A stretch of 64,000 nt of DNA, from NCBI GenBank assembly GCA_951406725.2, contig OX597825.1, forward strand, positions 10,168,001 through 10,232,000, read 5' to 3'. This DNA comes from Octopus vulgaris (lineage: Eukaryota). Shown here piece by piece: positions 53,568-64,000 of the stretch (positions within the stretch are counted from its first letter, which is position 1; each line of letters opens with the position of its first letter). The position numbers and the translations under genes were made by a program. The notes beneath the pieces are model-generated. The model searched no databases. It saw only the letters and a program-made list of their open reading frames with translations, and had not been told where the DNA came from.

Positions 53568-54184
53568 CCCTTTCGTTACTGTATTTATTTTGAGATGCTC
53601 TGTGTTTCTTTCATTTACTTTAAATATAACAAAGAATTTAGTAAAATAACTTAGTTATCATTAACTCTCTTTTACTCTTTTACTTGTTTCAGTCATTTGA
53701 CTGCAGCCATGCTGGAGCACCGCCTTTAATCGAGCAACTCGACCCCTGCACTTATTCTTTTGTAAGCCCATTACTTATTCTATCGGTCTCTTTTGCCGAA
53801 CCGCTAAGTAACGGGGACATAAACACACCAGCATCGGTTGTCAAGCAATGCTAAGGGGACAAACACACACATGCATATATATACATATATACGACAGGCT
53901 TCTTTCAGTTTCCGTCTACCAAATCCACTCACAAGGCTTTGGTCGGCCCAAGGCTATAGTAGAAGACACTTGCCCAAGGTGCCATGCAGTGGGACTGAAC
54001 CCGGAATCATGTGGTTGGTAAACAAGCTACTTACCACACAGCCACTCCTGCGCCTAGTTAAGCTAATTTTAGGAACATAAGTTGTGACTAAGGTTTGGTG
54101 GAAGATTTTAATTCACAACTTTTGAAAACAAGACATTTGTACTCAGAGCCAAAGGTGGTTTCAGCCAGGTTGGTATCAAAAGGG
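53568..54184. mobile_element. piggyBac-like non-autonomous element carrying a nested SINE
   Basis: TTAA|CCCTTT ... AAAGGG|TTAA; SINE inserted at ~53665-54055; partial copy near 38688. Confidence 0.75.
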
Positions 54185-54309
54185 TTAACTTGATAACAAA
54201 GTGTGTGAGAAAGAAAGGGAGATAAAGATCACTGTTAATTTGATTTAGCACACATTTTCTCAATCCATCAAAATCAAATCAGATATCAGAAAGCAGAACC
54301 AAAATTGAA

Positions 54310-54735
54310 GCCGATCAACATCAATGGAAATTGCAGCTGTGATACCAGTGCTGGTGACAAGTAAGCGAACCATCCGATTGTGGCCGTTGCCAGCGCCGCC
54401 CCGACTGGCCTCCGTGCCGGTGGCACGTAAAAAGCACCATCCATTCGTGGCCGTTGCCAGCCTCGCCTAGCCCCCGTGCCGGTGGCACGTAAAATGCACC
54501 ATCTGTCCATGGCCATCTGCCAGCTCCGTCTGGCACCTGTGCGGGTGGCACGTAAAAAGCACCCACTACACTCACGGAGTGGTTGGCGTTAGGAAGGGCA
54601 TCCAGCCGTAGAAACACTGCCAGATCAAACTGGGCCTGGTGCAGCCTTCTGGCTTCACAGACCCCAGTTGAACCGTCCAACCCATGCTAGCATGGAAAGC
54701 GGACGCTAAATGATGATGATGAGGATGATGATTAT
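54310..54735 (+). mobile_element. SINE-like family C with an internal ~40-60 bp minisatellite
   Basis: Repeated ggtggcacgtaaaaagcacc units; core ggcgttaggaagggcatccagc; (GAT)n tail. Other copies (approx.): + 12690, 33525, 34050, 45150, 56150; - 13258, 46130, 58812. Confidence 0.8.
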
Positions 54736-54823
54736 GACAACTTCTGAATCTGCTGCCACACTTCTTCTCCACTTCTGTTATTCTCAGTTTGTAGTAACGA
54801 TTCTTGTTTGTCTTATTTTGTAG

Positions 54824-54975
54824 AAGACGAACCTTGGGTCCGGGTGAATACCTATAACTTGCACCCAACGCATGACTGGAAAGATCTCAACCTGAAGTTT
54901 ATCCTACAAGTGTTTCGGGATTATTACGCCCTGAAAGATTTACAGTATTTGAAGGACATGTACCCAAAAGTAAAG
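54824..54975 (+). CDS. GBA2: GBA2 exon 12
   Basis: Acceptor ttgtag|; [35 protein letters not shown]...DMYPKVK; donor AAG|gtacat. Confidence 0.96.
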
Positions 54976-55289
54976 GTACATCAACCTTCCTTTCATTACC
55001 ATATTTTTGTTGAAATATGCTGCTTTTGTTCCAATTAATTTTGAAGATAATGAAAAATTTATTAAAATTATTTTGTCAATTTTAGGCTGGAGTTTGGAAC
55101 ATAAATTAACATGGAATTTTGATGGAGAGCTCTAACCCTTTAGCATTTAATCCAGCCATATCCAGCCTAAATATTAAACCTGTTTTACGTTCAAACTGAC
55201 CAGATCCAACCTCTCACACCTACTCTAAAATGTCATTCTAAAAATATTCAAACTATATATATATACACACACACACACACACATATATA

Positions 55290-55460
55290 TTGGGTTGTCC
55301 GGAAAGTTGTGCCAATTTTTAAAGGAAAGAAAAAGGTCAATAAATACTTGTCATTACATTTTTAATCAGCTAAATATGAACCATTTTGTTGCACAATGCA
55401 TCTCCATCTTTCCCTTTACTTGAAAATACCCTCTTCCCAGACTTGAGGTGGTTTCATAAT
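55290..55460 (-). mobile_element. Mariner 3'-end fragment
   Basis: ta|ttgggttgtccggaaagt TIR; minus strand reads WEEGIFK.RERWRCIVQQNGSY, the mariner C-terminus. Confidence 0.7.
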
Positions 55461-55848
55461 ACAAACTGATAATATTGTGACAGGTAATGGAACATTGAAC
55501 TCTTGGTCATTTCAAGATCTTTTGAGAGTTTGTACCCTGGGGTACTTTCTACTTACTTGAAATACAGGAGAGGGCCAGCTACTGGCAGGGCCTCAAAAAA
55601 AAAAATCTAGCTGACCCATGGGAGCATGGAAAAGTGGATATTAAATGATGATGGTGATGATGGTGATGATGGAGGTGGTTGCGGTGGCAGCAGCAGCAGC
55701 AGTGGCAGCAGCAGCAGCAGTGGCAGCAGCAGTGGCAGCAGCAGTGGAGGGGAAAAAACTTGAGGCTTCCAAATGGTTAACTGCTTCTCCTCTTTCTGTA
55801 CTTCATTACATATCTGAATTATAAAACCAGTCTTTCATCCTATTACAG

Positions 55849-55955
55849 AGTATCATGACAGAAGCTCAAAAATGGGACAAAGATGGTGATGGTTTGATTG
55901 AAAATGGAGGTTTTGCTGACCAAACTTTTGATGCCTGGACTGCAACTGGTGCCAG
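55849..55955 (+). CDS. GBA2: GBA2 exon 13 (DxDxDG Ca-binding loop and acid/base motif DQTFD)
   Basis: Acceptor ttacag|; [35 protein letters not shown]; donor AG|gtaaaa. Confidence 0.97.
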
Positions 55956-56911
55956 GTAAAACTTACTAATTCTTTCCTTTTTTTCTTGCCCACCACTTTG
56001 TATTATTAAAGGTATGCCACAGCACTGCAGACTCATTGAAGTCTTGTTAATTCTTTAGCTGTAGAGGAAAGACTGTGCATTTTAAGAAGTGAGTTGGTCA
56101 TGGACTGATGGACAAGATTGGTGACAGTTATGCACTAGTAATATTTTGGTGCTGGTGGCACATAAAATGCCCCTAGCACACTCTGTTAAGTGGTTGGCAT
56201 TAGGAAGGGCATCCAGTTGTGGAAACCATGCCTCAACAGACAGTTGGAGTCTGGTCAGCTCTCTCCTAGCCAGCTCCATTTTAAATTGTCCAACCCATGC
56301 CAGCATGGAAAGCAGACATTAAATGATGATGATGACGATGATGCTACCGATATTAATGGTGTCAATCCACCACTATCAATCCAAGCTTTTCAAATGACCA
56401 CTTGTCTTATTATAAACAATCATGGATACCTGATAAGGTATGTCATAAGAGGCATTTAAAAGATTTGACAATAAGAAGGGCATCCAGCTATAAAATACTG
56501 CCACAGCAGACCCATCCAACCCATATCTGTGAAATTTGAACTCAGAACATAAAGACAGATAAAATACCACTAAGCATTTTGCCCAGCATGCTAATGTTTC
56601 TTATTTCTTTATTGCCCACAAGGGGCTAAACATAGAGGGTACAAACAGGGACAAAGGGATTAACTCGATTGCATCAACCCTAGTGCGTAACTGGTACTTA
56701 ATTTATCGACCCCCGAAAGGATGAAAGGCAAAGTTGACCTCAGTGGAATTTGAATTCAGAATGTAATGGCAGACGAAATACGGCTACGCATTTCGCCCAG
56801 TGTGCTAACGTTTCTGCCAACATGCCACCTTTTAGAATATAAATACTGAAGAAAGAAACCTGGTAATTTCTTACATAGAAGATTTTTTTTTTTCTTTTAC
56901 CAATATTGTAG

Positions 56912-57054
56912 TGCTTACTGTGGAGGAATTTGGTTGGCTGCTCTGCGTCTCACTGTAGAAATGGCTAAAATTCTTGAAGACAGAGACACTGAAATAAAGT
57001 TCACTGAGATCTTGCACGAAGGAAAAGAATCATTTGACAAAAAACTATGGAACG
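56912..57054 (+). CDS. GBA2: GBA2 exon 14
   Basis: Acceptor ttgtag|; SAYCGGIWLAAL...FDKKLWNG; donor G|gtaaac. Confidence 0.97.
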
Positions 57055-57854
57055 GTAAACATTTTCATCTTTTTGGGTTTTTTTTTGTTATTTTTGTATT
57101 TGTTATTTCTTATCGATGTCATCAGACAGACTTAGGATAAAAAAATATTCCAATTGTTATATATTGGTTCCAGACTTTGGCTCAAGGCCAGCAATTTTTG
57201 GGGAGGGTTAAGTTGATTACATTGACCCCGGTGTTCAACTGGTACTTATTTTATTGATCCCCAAAAGGATAAAAGACAAAGTTAACCCCGGTGGAATTTG
57301 AACTCAGAACATAAAGACAGACAATATACCGCTTAGCATTTTGCCTGGCATGCTAATGAGTCTGCCAGCTTGCCAACTTGGATATAGTTGTATATTCAGG
57401 CTGTACTTATGCAACAAATTATACTGAGATCAATGCTGCCCTCCTCTTCCTCCTCCTCCTCCTCCTCCTTCTTCTTCTTCTTCTTCTTGCTGCTGCTGCT
57501 GTTGCTTCTATTATTTTATTACCATTATTTATTGTATTTCGAGCCCTGTGATGGCAGAAACATTGCTGTGTTGAGCAAAATTCTTAGCAGCTTTTCACCT
57601 AACTTTACATTCTGAGATCAAATCCTGCTGAGTTCAGCTTTGGTCAACCCAAGGCTATAGTAGAAAACACTTGCCCAAGGTACCACGCAGTGGGACTGAA
57701 CCCAGAATCATGTGGTTGCGAAGCAAGCTTCTTACCAGTGCACTTGTCTTATATTGATCCTATGAATAATTGTCTATTTAGTAATTATCACTTACTAATT
57801 GTTGTCCGCTTGCTAAACAGTCATCTTACCGGTTTCAATTTTTCATCATTTCAG

Positions 57855-57964
57855 GTTTATACTATAACTATGATTGCAGTGATAAACCATACCATGACAG
57901 TATCATGGCAGCTCAACTTATTGGTCAATGGTTCATCAGAGCTTCAGGTATTCAGGATGACTTA
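57855..57964 (+). CDS. GBA2: GBA2 exon 15
   Basis: Acceptor tttcag|; LYYNYDCSDKPYHDSIMAAQLIGQWFIRASG; donor |gtaagt. Confidence 0.96.
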
Positions 57965-58775
57965 GTAAGTACAGCATCCGTTCATCTCATTCCTTTTCCA
58001 AAAACATATTTCTACCAATTTTACAGAATCTTCCTTCCATTCCCCACACAAACATGATAGAGCCACTGGGCTTAATAATGTCCCTTCCCTTAACCTCTAT
58101 GAATGTTCCACAGAGCTAGCCCTTATCCTTTTCAAACTCTTCTTCAAGACTCTATGCTTGGAATGACCAATTATAGACATCATTGGAACTCACAAGGTAC
58201 AGGAAACTTATATATATACCATTCTGCTTAAATAATGGAACTGCAGATACAATATCCTTACGTATCTCATGTCTGTTTTCCTCCACTTCACTCTGTATTG
58301 CATATCTTCTCTATAATAACTATTACTTGACCATGTTTTCACACCGTCTCTGATGAAGAGATATATAAAATATACCAGAAACAGCTGTAAAGCCTTCTCT
58401 TTATAAATGTTCTGCAAACTTTCACAGCTTTGGATTTTTTTAATCTCATTCTGTTAATATTTATATATATATGCATGCTAATATACAACTTACGTTGGAC
58501 TCCTCATTCATATCATCATTGAACCTGGAGCTTAACATATATATATTATATTTTTGACGGACTCCACTGAGGATCTGCAAATTAATTGTGTAAGTAAAAT
58601 TGCATAATTTATTAACAGTGAAACAATTGTCCGGGGTTAATCTATATTTTTGTTATTTTTCATTTGTCCTGCTCGCTTACGTTCATAGTGTGCTAAGTTT
58701 TTCTTGAGAACAATTTTTAGTGGTTGAGACTCATGCGGATCTCTCTTTAGCGTAAGGGCGTCCAGTTTAGTGGAT

Positions 58776-58812
<37 letters not shown>

Positions 58813-59346
58813 GCATCATCATTATCATCGTCATCATCATTTAATGTCCATGTTTCATACTGGTATGAGTTGGATGGTTTGCTAGAATCCCAAAACTGCA
58901 GATCTATGCCCTAATGTCTGCTTTGACATGGTTTTGCTGGCTGGATGCCCTTCCTAGAAGAGCACCCACCATTTGGAGGTTGATAAAATAAGTACCAGTT
59001 GAGTACTGGACGTGGGGTTCGATTTAATCAACTTAGCCTCTCACCTGATATTGCTGGCCTTGTGCCAAAATCAGAAAGCAATATTAACAAAATATTCTTT
59101 TCTACTCCAGGCACAAGGCCCGAAATATTTGGTGGGAGTGGGGGGATAGTTGATTAGATCGACATCAGTATGCAACTGGTACCTAATTTATTGACCCTGA
59201 AAGGATGAAAGGCAAAGTTGACCTTGGCAGAATTTGATCTCGGAACGTAAGGACAGGCAAACTAATATTAGCAAAACATTAAAATATGTAATATATGTGT
59301 TTCCTTTATCAAAGGTGATCTGGAATGTTCCATTTGTATATTGCAG

Positions 59347-59538
59347 GTATTTCCATCTCAAAAGGTCAGAAGTGTGTTGAAGGTGATTTATGAACATAAC
59401 GTAATGAAACTGAATAATGGTAACTGTGGCGCCGTCAATGGTGGGAGACTGGATTGCATGAAAGACACGACCAATTGCCAGGCTGAGGAATTTTGGGTGG
59501 GAATCATCTACTCATTGGCTGCTACGATGATACAAGAG
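59347..59538 (+). CDS. GBA2: GBA2 exon 16
   Basis: Acceptor ttgcag|; VFPSQKVRSVL...GAVNG...QAEEFWVGIIYSLAATMIQE; donor GAG|gtaagt. Confidence 0.97.
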
Positions 59539-60384
59539 GTAAGTCATGTGTCTTCAGAATCTGTTTCTTTTATTTACCTTATTGTTTACTATACGCCCAG
59601 CTGTGGCTGTGTGGTAAGAAATTTGCTTCCCAACCACATGGTTCTGTGTTCAGTTCCACTACGTGGCACCCTGGTGTCTTCTTATATCTTTCCTACCCAC
59701 AAGGGGCTAAACACAAAGGAGACGAACAGGGACAGACAAACGGATTAAGTCGATTACATCGACCCTAATGCATAACTGGTACTTAATTTATCGATCCTGA
59801 AAGGATGAAAGGTAAAGTCGACCTTGGCGGAATTTGAACTCAGAACATAACGCCAGACAAAATACCGCTAAGCATTTCGCCCGGCGTGTTAACGTTTCTG
59901 CCAGCTCGCCGCCTGGTGTCTTCTACTATATCCTCGGCCTAACCAAAGCCTTGTCAGTGGATTTGATGGATGGAAATTGAAAGAAGCCCAATGTGTATGT
60001 GTGTGTGCATGTGTTGTGTCTGTTTTTCCACCATGTCCACTCCACCCCACCTCAAATAACACTTGATAACTGGTGTTGGTGTGTTTATGTCCCCACAGTC
60101 AAATGACTATAACCAGTAGAAGATAAAAACTAGCTACAGTGATCAATTGTTGTTTAATTTTTTGCCATTCTGAAAGGCAGAGCGGCAACAAGGCTCCACT
60201 GTCCTGATATAAAGGACTTTCATAATGGCATGGAGTAGATGATTTGACAGGAACTGGCAAACCAAGGGGCTGCTCTAGACACCAGTCGTCTATTTTGGTA
60301 TGATTTCTATGGCTGGATACCCTTCCTAATACCAACCACTTTATGGAGTGCTTTTTATGTAACACCAACATTGGTGCTTTTTAT

Positions 60385-60645
60385 ATATAATAATAATAAT
60401 AATATATATATAATGAAATTATTGTATACAGTGCTCAGGTGCACCACAACTTGTCAGAAAGTGCGTATAAAGTATATGCAGTAATGTACAAATGTCTGGG
60501 AAATGAACAGCGTATGAGTCAGATACATGCTTGCGTGTGTATGGCGGGGAGAAAATCAGGTGTAGTGTTGGCAAATCTCAGGAAGCATGGAAGTTTTGAA
60601 GGATGCAGTGCTCCCTGATACCGGCAGTTTGTTCCATACTTCAGC
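60385..60645 (-). mobile_element. CR1/L2-like LINE 3' end
   Basis: Minus strand EVWNKLP...FK, then a 3' UTR and a (TTA)/(TA) tail. Confidence 0.6.
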
Positions 60646-61469
60646 ACTGGTGCTTTTTATGTGGCATCTGCATGGATGCTTTGTACATGGTGCAAGCATG
60701 GATGCTTTTTACATGGTGCCAGCACAGGTGTTTTTTCTATGTGCATCGGCACCCACAGGATCGCCACATAGCTTTCAAGACAAGGACCTCTCAGCTTAGA
60801 AGAGGGGAGAAACCAAGAGAAATGATCATGTGTGAGGCAAGAGACTGGAGCATCACAGGACAAGGATAGCTGTCTTACTACAGAGAAGATACTTGGCTAC
60901 TCCTGTAGCGCAAGGAAGGAGAGGGTTGTAGGAAAGAGTGAGAGAGGGCCTCTCAAAAGGGAACAATAAAGGGAAGTATAAATATGTGCCAGTCAAGTAC
61001 CGGGAACAATATAATCAACTGCTCTCTGCCCCCATTTGCAGGCGATGTACCTACATTAGAAATTGCATATGAAGCTATAAGCGTTGGGTATTTAGTTATC
61101 TCCCTTTACATTCAGATCTCATAATGGATCGACTTAGCTATTTATACTTGCAGGATTGATAAAATAAGTTACAGGAATTTACTAAGGCTTATTTAATGAA
61201 TTGTGTTCCTCACCCAAGATTACATCTTTGTCACCCAACTTTTTAGGCAGAATAAAGTTACAGTAAGTTTTGCCTAGTTCATTTCTGAGTTCAAATCAAG
61301 TTAGTCTTTCACCCCTCCAGGGTTAACAAAATAAATTACCTTTTAAGCATTGGGGTGAACTTAATCACCTAACACCTCCCCACAATTTGCTAGCTTGTGC
61401 TTAGATTATTATTATTATCATTATTATTATTATTATTATCGGTGGCGGCGTCATTATTATTATTATTGA

Positions 61470-62545
61470 AGGCTATAACACTTTTTGTTTTTAAATGGAC
61501 AATCCTTTTTGTAGTGTTGGCCTCCACAACCATAACGCGGATTGGGGCCTGACACTTTTTCTTGATTGTGCTTCCCAACACAACACATTTGAATTTTTGC
61601 AGTTCCACGGTTTCTTGGAAGCCAGTCTCACTCAAGTTTTTGGGCAGAATAACGATATAGTAATGCTCATGTTCAGCAGGAGCTACCTTGCATAGTAAAA
61701 GCCTTACTCTCTGCTCCTCCAACCATGACCTGCACTCATTAAAAATTTCTTTATATCTTCTATAATATGCGAGAAATGTAATACCCTCCTCCAGATTATA
61801 CGCAAATTCAGAAATTGCATTAGCCACATCTTCCGGCATAAACAAGCTTACTGGATTTTCAGACTTCGTTGACTGTAACTCAATTAATTGTTGTTGTTGT
61901 TATAGTATTTCTGGCAGAACCGTTAGCACGCCGGGTGAAATGCGTAGCCGTATTTCATCTGCCGTTACGTTCTGAGTTCAAATTCCAGCAAGGTCGACTT
62001 TGCCTTTCATCCTTTCGAGGTCGATAAATTAAGTACCAGTTATGCACTGGGGGTCGATGTAATCGACTTAATCCGTTTGTCTGTCCTTGTTTGTCCCATC
62101 TGTGTTTAGCCCCTTGTGGGTAATATAGAAATATTTAGTATTTGGTTTTTGCAACTGCTGTAGTTGTTCCTGTGGCTTCTCTTGAAGCTGTACTTCTGTG
62201 GCTTATAGGTTTTCCATGACGCAGAAATTCTCAAATGACCAATGTGAGTTTCGAACGATCCTCGTCACCAGATGTTATATCCTTATGGATAAACGAATAC
62301 TCTACAACAGTGTAATAACAATATAATCAAAACAAATCACAGTAACCACACAGAACGTAGCAACAATCATTTAAGGACCAACCATCCAACACACTAACTG
62401 ATACTGTGAACTTTGTTCTCCAACTTTGAACGATCAACACACAAACTGTAGAACTAGCACTAACTGTCTCACTTACTCAGACCACTACTATTTATAAGTA
62501 GTGGTCCAGTCCATTCTTACTAGGGGGACGTCGTACTCTCACACA
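61470..62545 (-). mobile_element. Gypsy (Mag-like) LTR retrotransposon relic: 5' LTR, PBS and partial gag
   Basis: LTR ~62273-62545 (TG...ACA, internal TATAAATA); PBS TGGTGACGAGGAT; gag-like ISEFAYNLEEGITFLAYYRRY...RLLL; decayed knuckle YGCGGQHYKKDCPFKNKKC; interrupted by a SINE at ~61905-62133. Confidence 0.8.
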
Positions 62546-63070
62546 ACTGAATGGAAGTTGGTTAATCAGATAATGTAGAGTACCTTGATTAATGCAAGGA
62601 TAGCGTTCCACTTATGTGCAGTTTGTTGCACTTTTTAAACTCAATCTTTTTTAATAAATACATATTTTATTCTGTTGTGTCTGGGGGGAGTCATTCTCTT
62701 TTTGTGCCATGTGTGTTAGATTATAAGTCACAAAAAGAAAATGACTCTCCCCAGACACAACAGAATATGCTTCAACACACGAACTCACATAAAGAATCTT
62801 GCAAACCAAATCCAAAAACGAAACATATTTTGTTTTTCTTTTTTATTTATTCCATGAAATCATTTGTGTTTTTTAACTTGTTTTCTGTTTATTTTGTATA
62901 ACATCTTTCACCCCCTCCTCTCATCTTAATAAACTTGTCCGTTCCCATCACCCATCTATTGAAACGCGTATGTTTAATGCACATTGTATTTTGTTGTATC
63001 TTTTGAGAAATTATTGGCAGCAGTGTCCACAACAGTCTCTTAATTTCATTATATTCCTTCTTCTTTCCAG

Positions 63071-63277
63071 GGAATGAGCAAAGAAGGGTTCCAGACTGCA
63101 TGGGGAGCTTATCACATGTGCTGGGAGGTCCTTGGACTCTCATTCCAGACACCTGAAGCTTACACACTGGACAATGTCTACCGTTCCCTTGGCTACATGC
63201 GGCCATTGGCTATTTGGTCCATTCAGTGGGCATTGTCCATTACTCAGTCCACATCTCCAATATCAAACCCTCTTTGA
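63071..63277 (+). CDS. GBA2: GBA2 exon 17 (terminal coding exon, TGA stop)
   Basis: Acceptor ttccag|; [10 protein letters not shown]...[10 protein letters not shown]...[19 protein letters not shown]...stop. The 17 exons sum to 2610 nt = 869 aa plus stop. Confidence 0.97.
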   Translation, partial: GMSKEGFQTAWGAYHMCWEVLGLSFQTPEAYTLDNVYRSLGYMRPLAIWSIQWALSITQSTSPISNPL

Positions 63278-63363
63278 CCAGTGACTCACCTTTCCTTTTT
63301 ATTCAATCATTGCTGACCCTGAAAACACCAGGACAGTCGCTGTTATATTTATTACAGTTCCCC

Positions 63364-63369
63364 AATAAA
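63364..63369 (+). terminator. Candidate polyadenylation signal of GBA2
   Basis: AATAAA ~87 nt after the stop codon; position only, no transcript evidence. Confidence 0.4.
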
Positions 63370-63875
63370 CCAAATATATGTTCTTATGCTTTAAACAACC
63401 AAAATTAAACTGAGTTTTTGGTGGAATGTAATTTCATCCAGTCTCTTACAGTCTCTTCATGTTCTTTATCATCTTTGCATCAACATTCAACCTAATTTTC
63501 AGGTCAATTCTTCTATTCTTTAAATCAGTTCTTCTCATTTTTTTAAAGGTTGCTTTTGGTATGTTTATTGTTGTAATTGTTATTGAGGTGGTGTTGGGAC
63601 GTGGTGGTGGTGGTGAATGGTGTTGTAGTTTTTAATTTCAAGATGGAACGACTTCACCTAGCTTTACTAATGTCTTTGGAAAAGTCTTGAATACCACTTT
63701 TCTTTTGCAATGCTCAACTTTCACTTTTAATGGCATTTCATCCATCTTCAAGTTCCGAGTTCAAATTCTGCCGAGGTCAACTTTGCCTTTCAGCCTTTCA
63801 GTTACACGCCAGGGTTGATGTAACTGATTATCCCCCTCCCCCAAAATTTCAGGCCTTGTGCCTATAGCTGAAATG

Positions 63876-63913
<38 letters not shown>

Positions 63914-64000
63914 CATTGAGTGAGAGAGCAGTGCATACCATCAAAGTGACACTGGGGTAAAATATTCGAAGCCCAGTATACCCATCATGACTACTCGTCT

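Overview
AT-rich, microsatellite-saturated animal genomic DNA. The repeat families and composition point to an octopus or other coleoid cephalopod (inference). The window holds one complete protein-coding gene on the + strand: non-lysosomal glucosylceramidase GBA2 (family GH116). It has 17 coding exons between 27733 and 63277, all bounded by GT-AG and phase-consistent, giving a 2610-nt CDS and an 869-aa protein with the GH116 catalytic motifs present. The first ~27 kb has no recognisable host gene and contains a 100-N gap. Everything else is repeat: several tRNA-derived SINE families (often nested or multimeric), Tc1/mariner relics, R4/Dong-like, RTE and CR1-like LINE fragments, a Gypsy LTR-gag relic, piggyBac-, Mutator- and Helitron-type non-autonomous elements, fold-back palindromes and a tRNA-Gly pseudogene. 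I found no convincing new multi-gene system. The best leads are: a duplicated decoy acceptor with a stop codon in front of GBA2 exon 10; a near-perfect 111-bp palindrome and inverted SINE pairs in GBA2 introns; SINE multimers with a fixed junction; Penelope-type minimal hammerhead-like motifs; and a young CpG-rich MULE MITE in intron 1.
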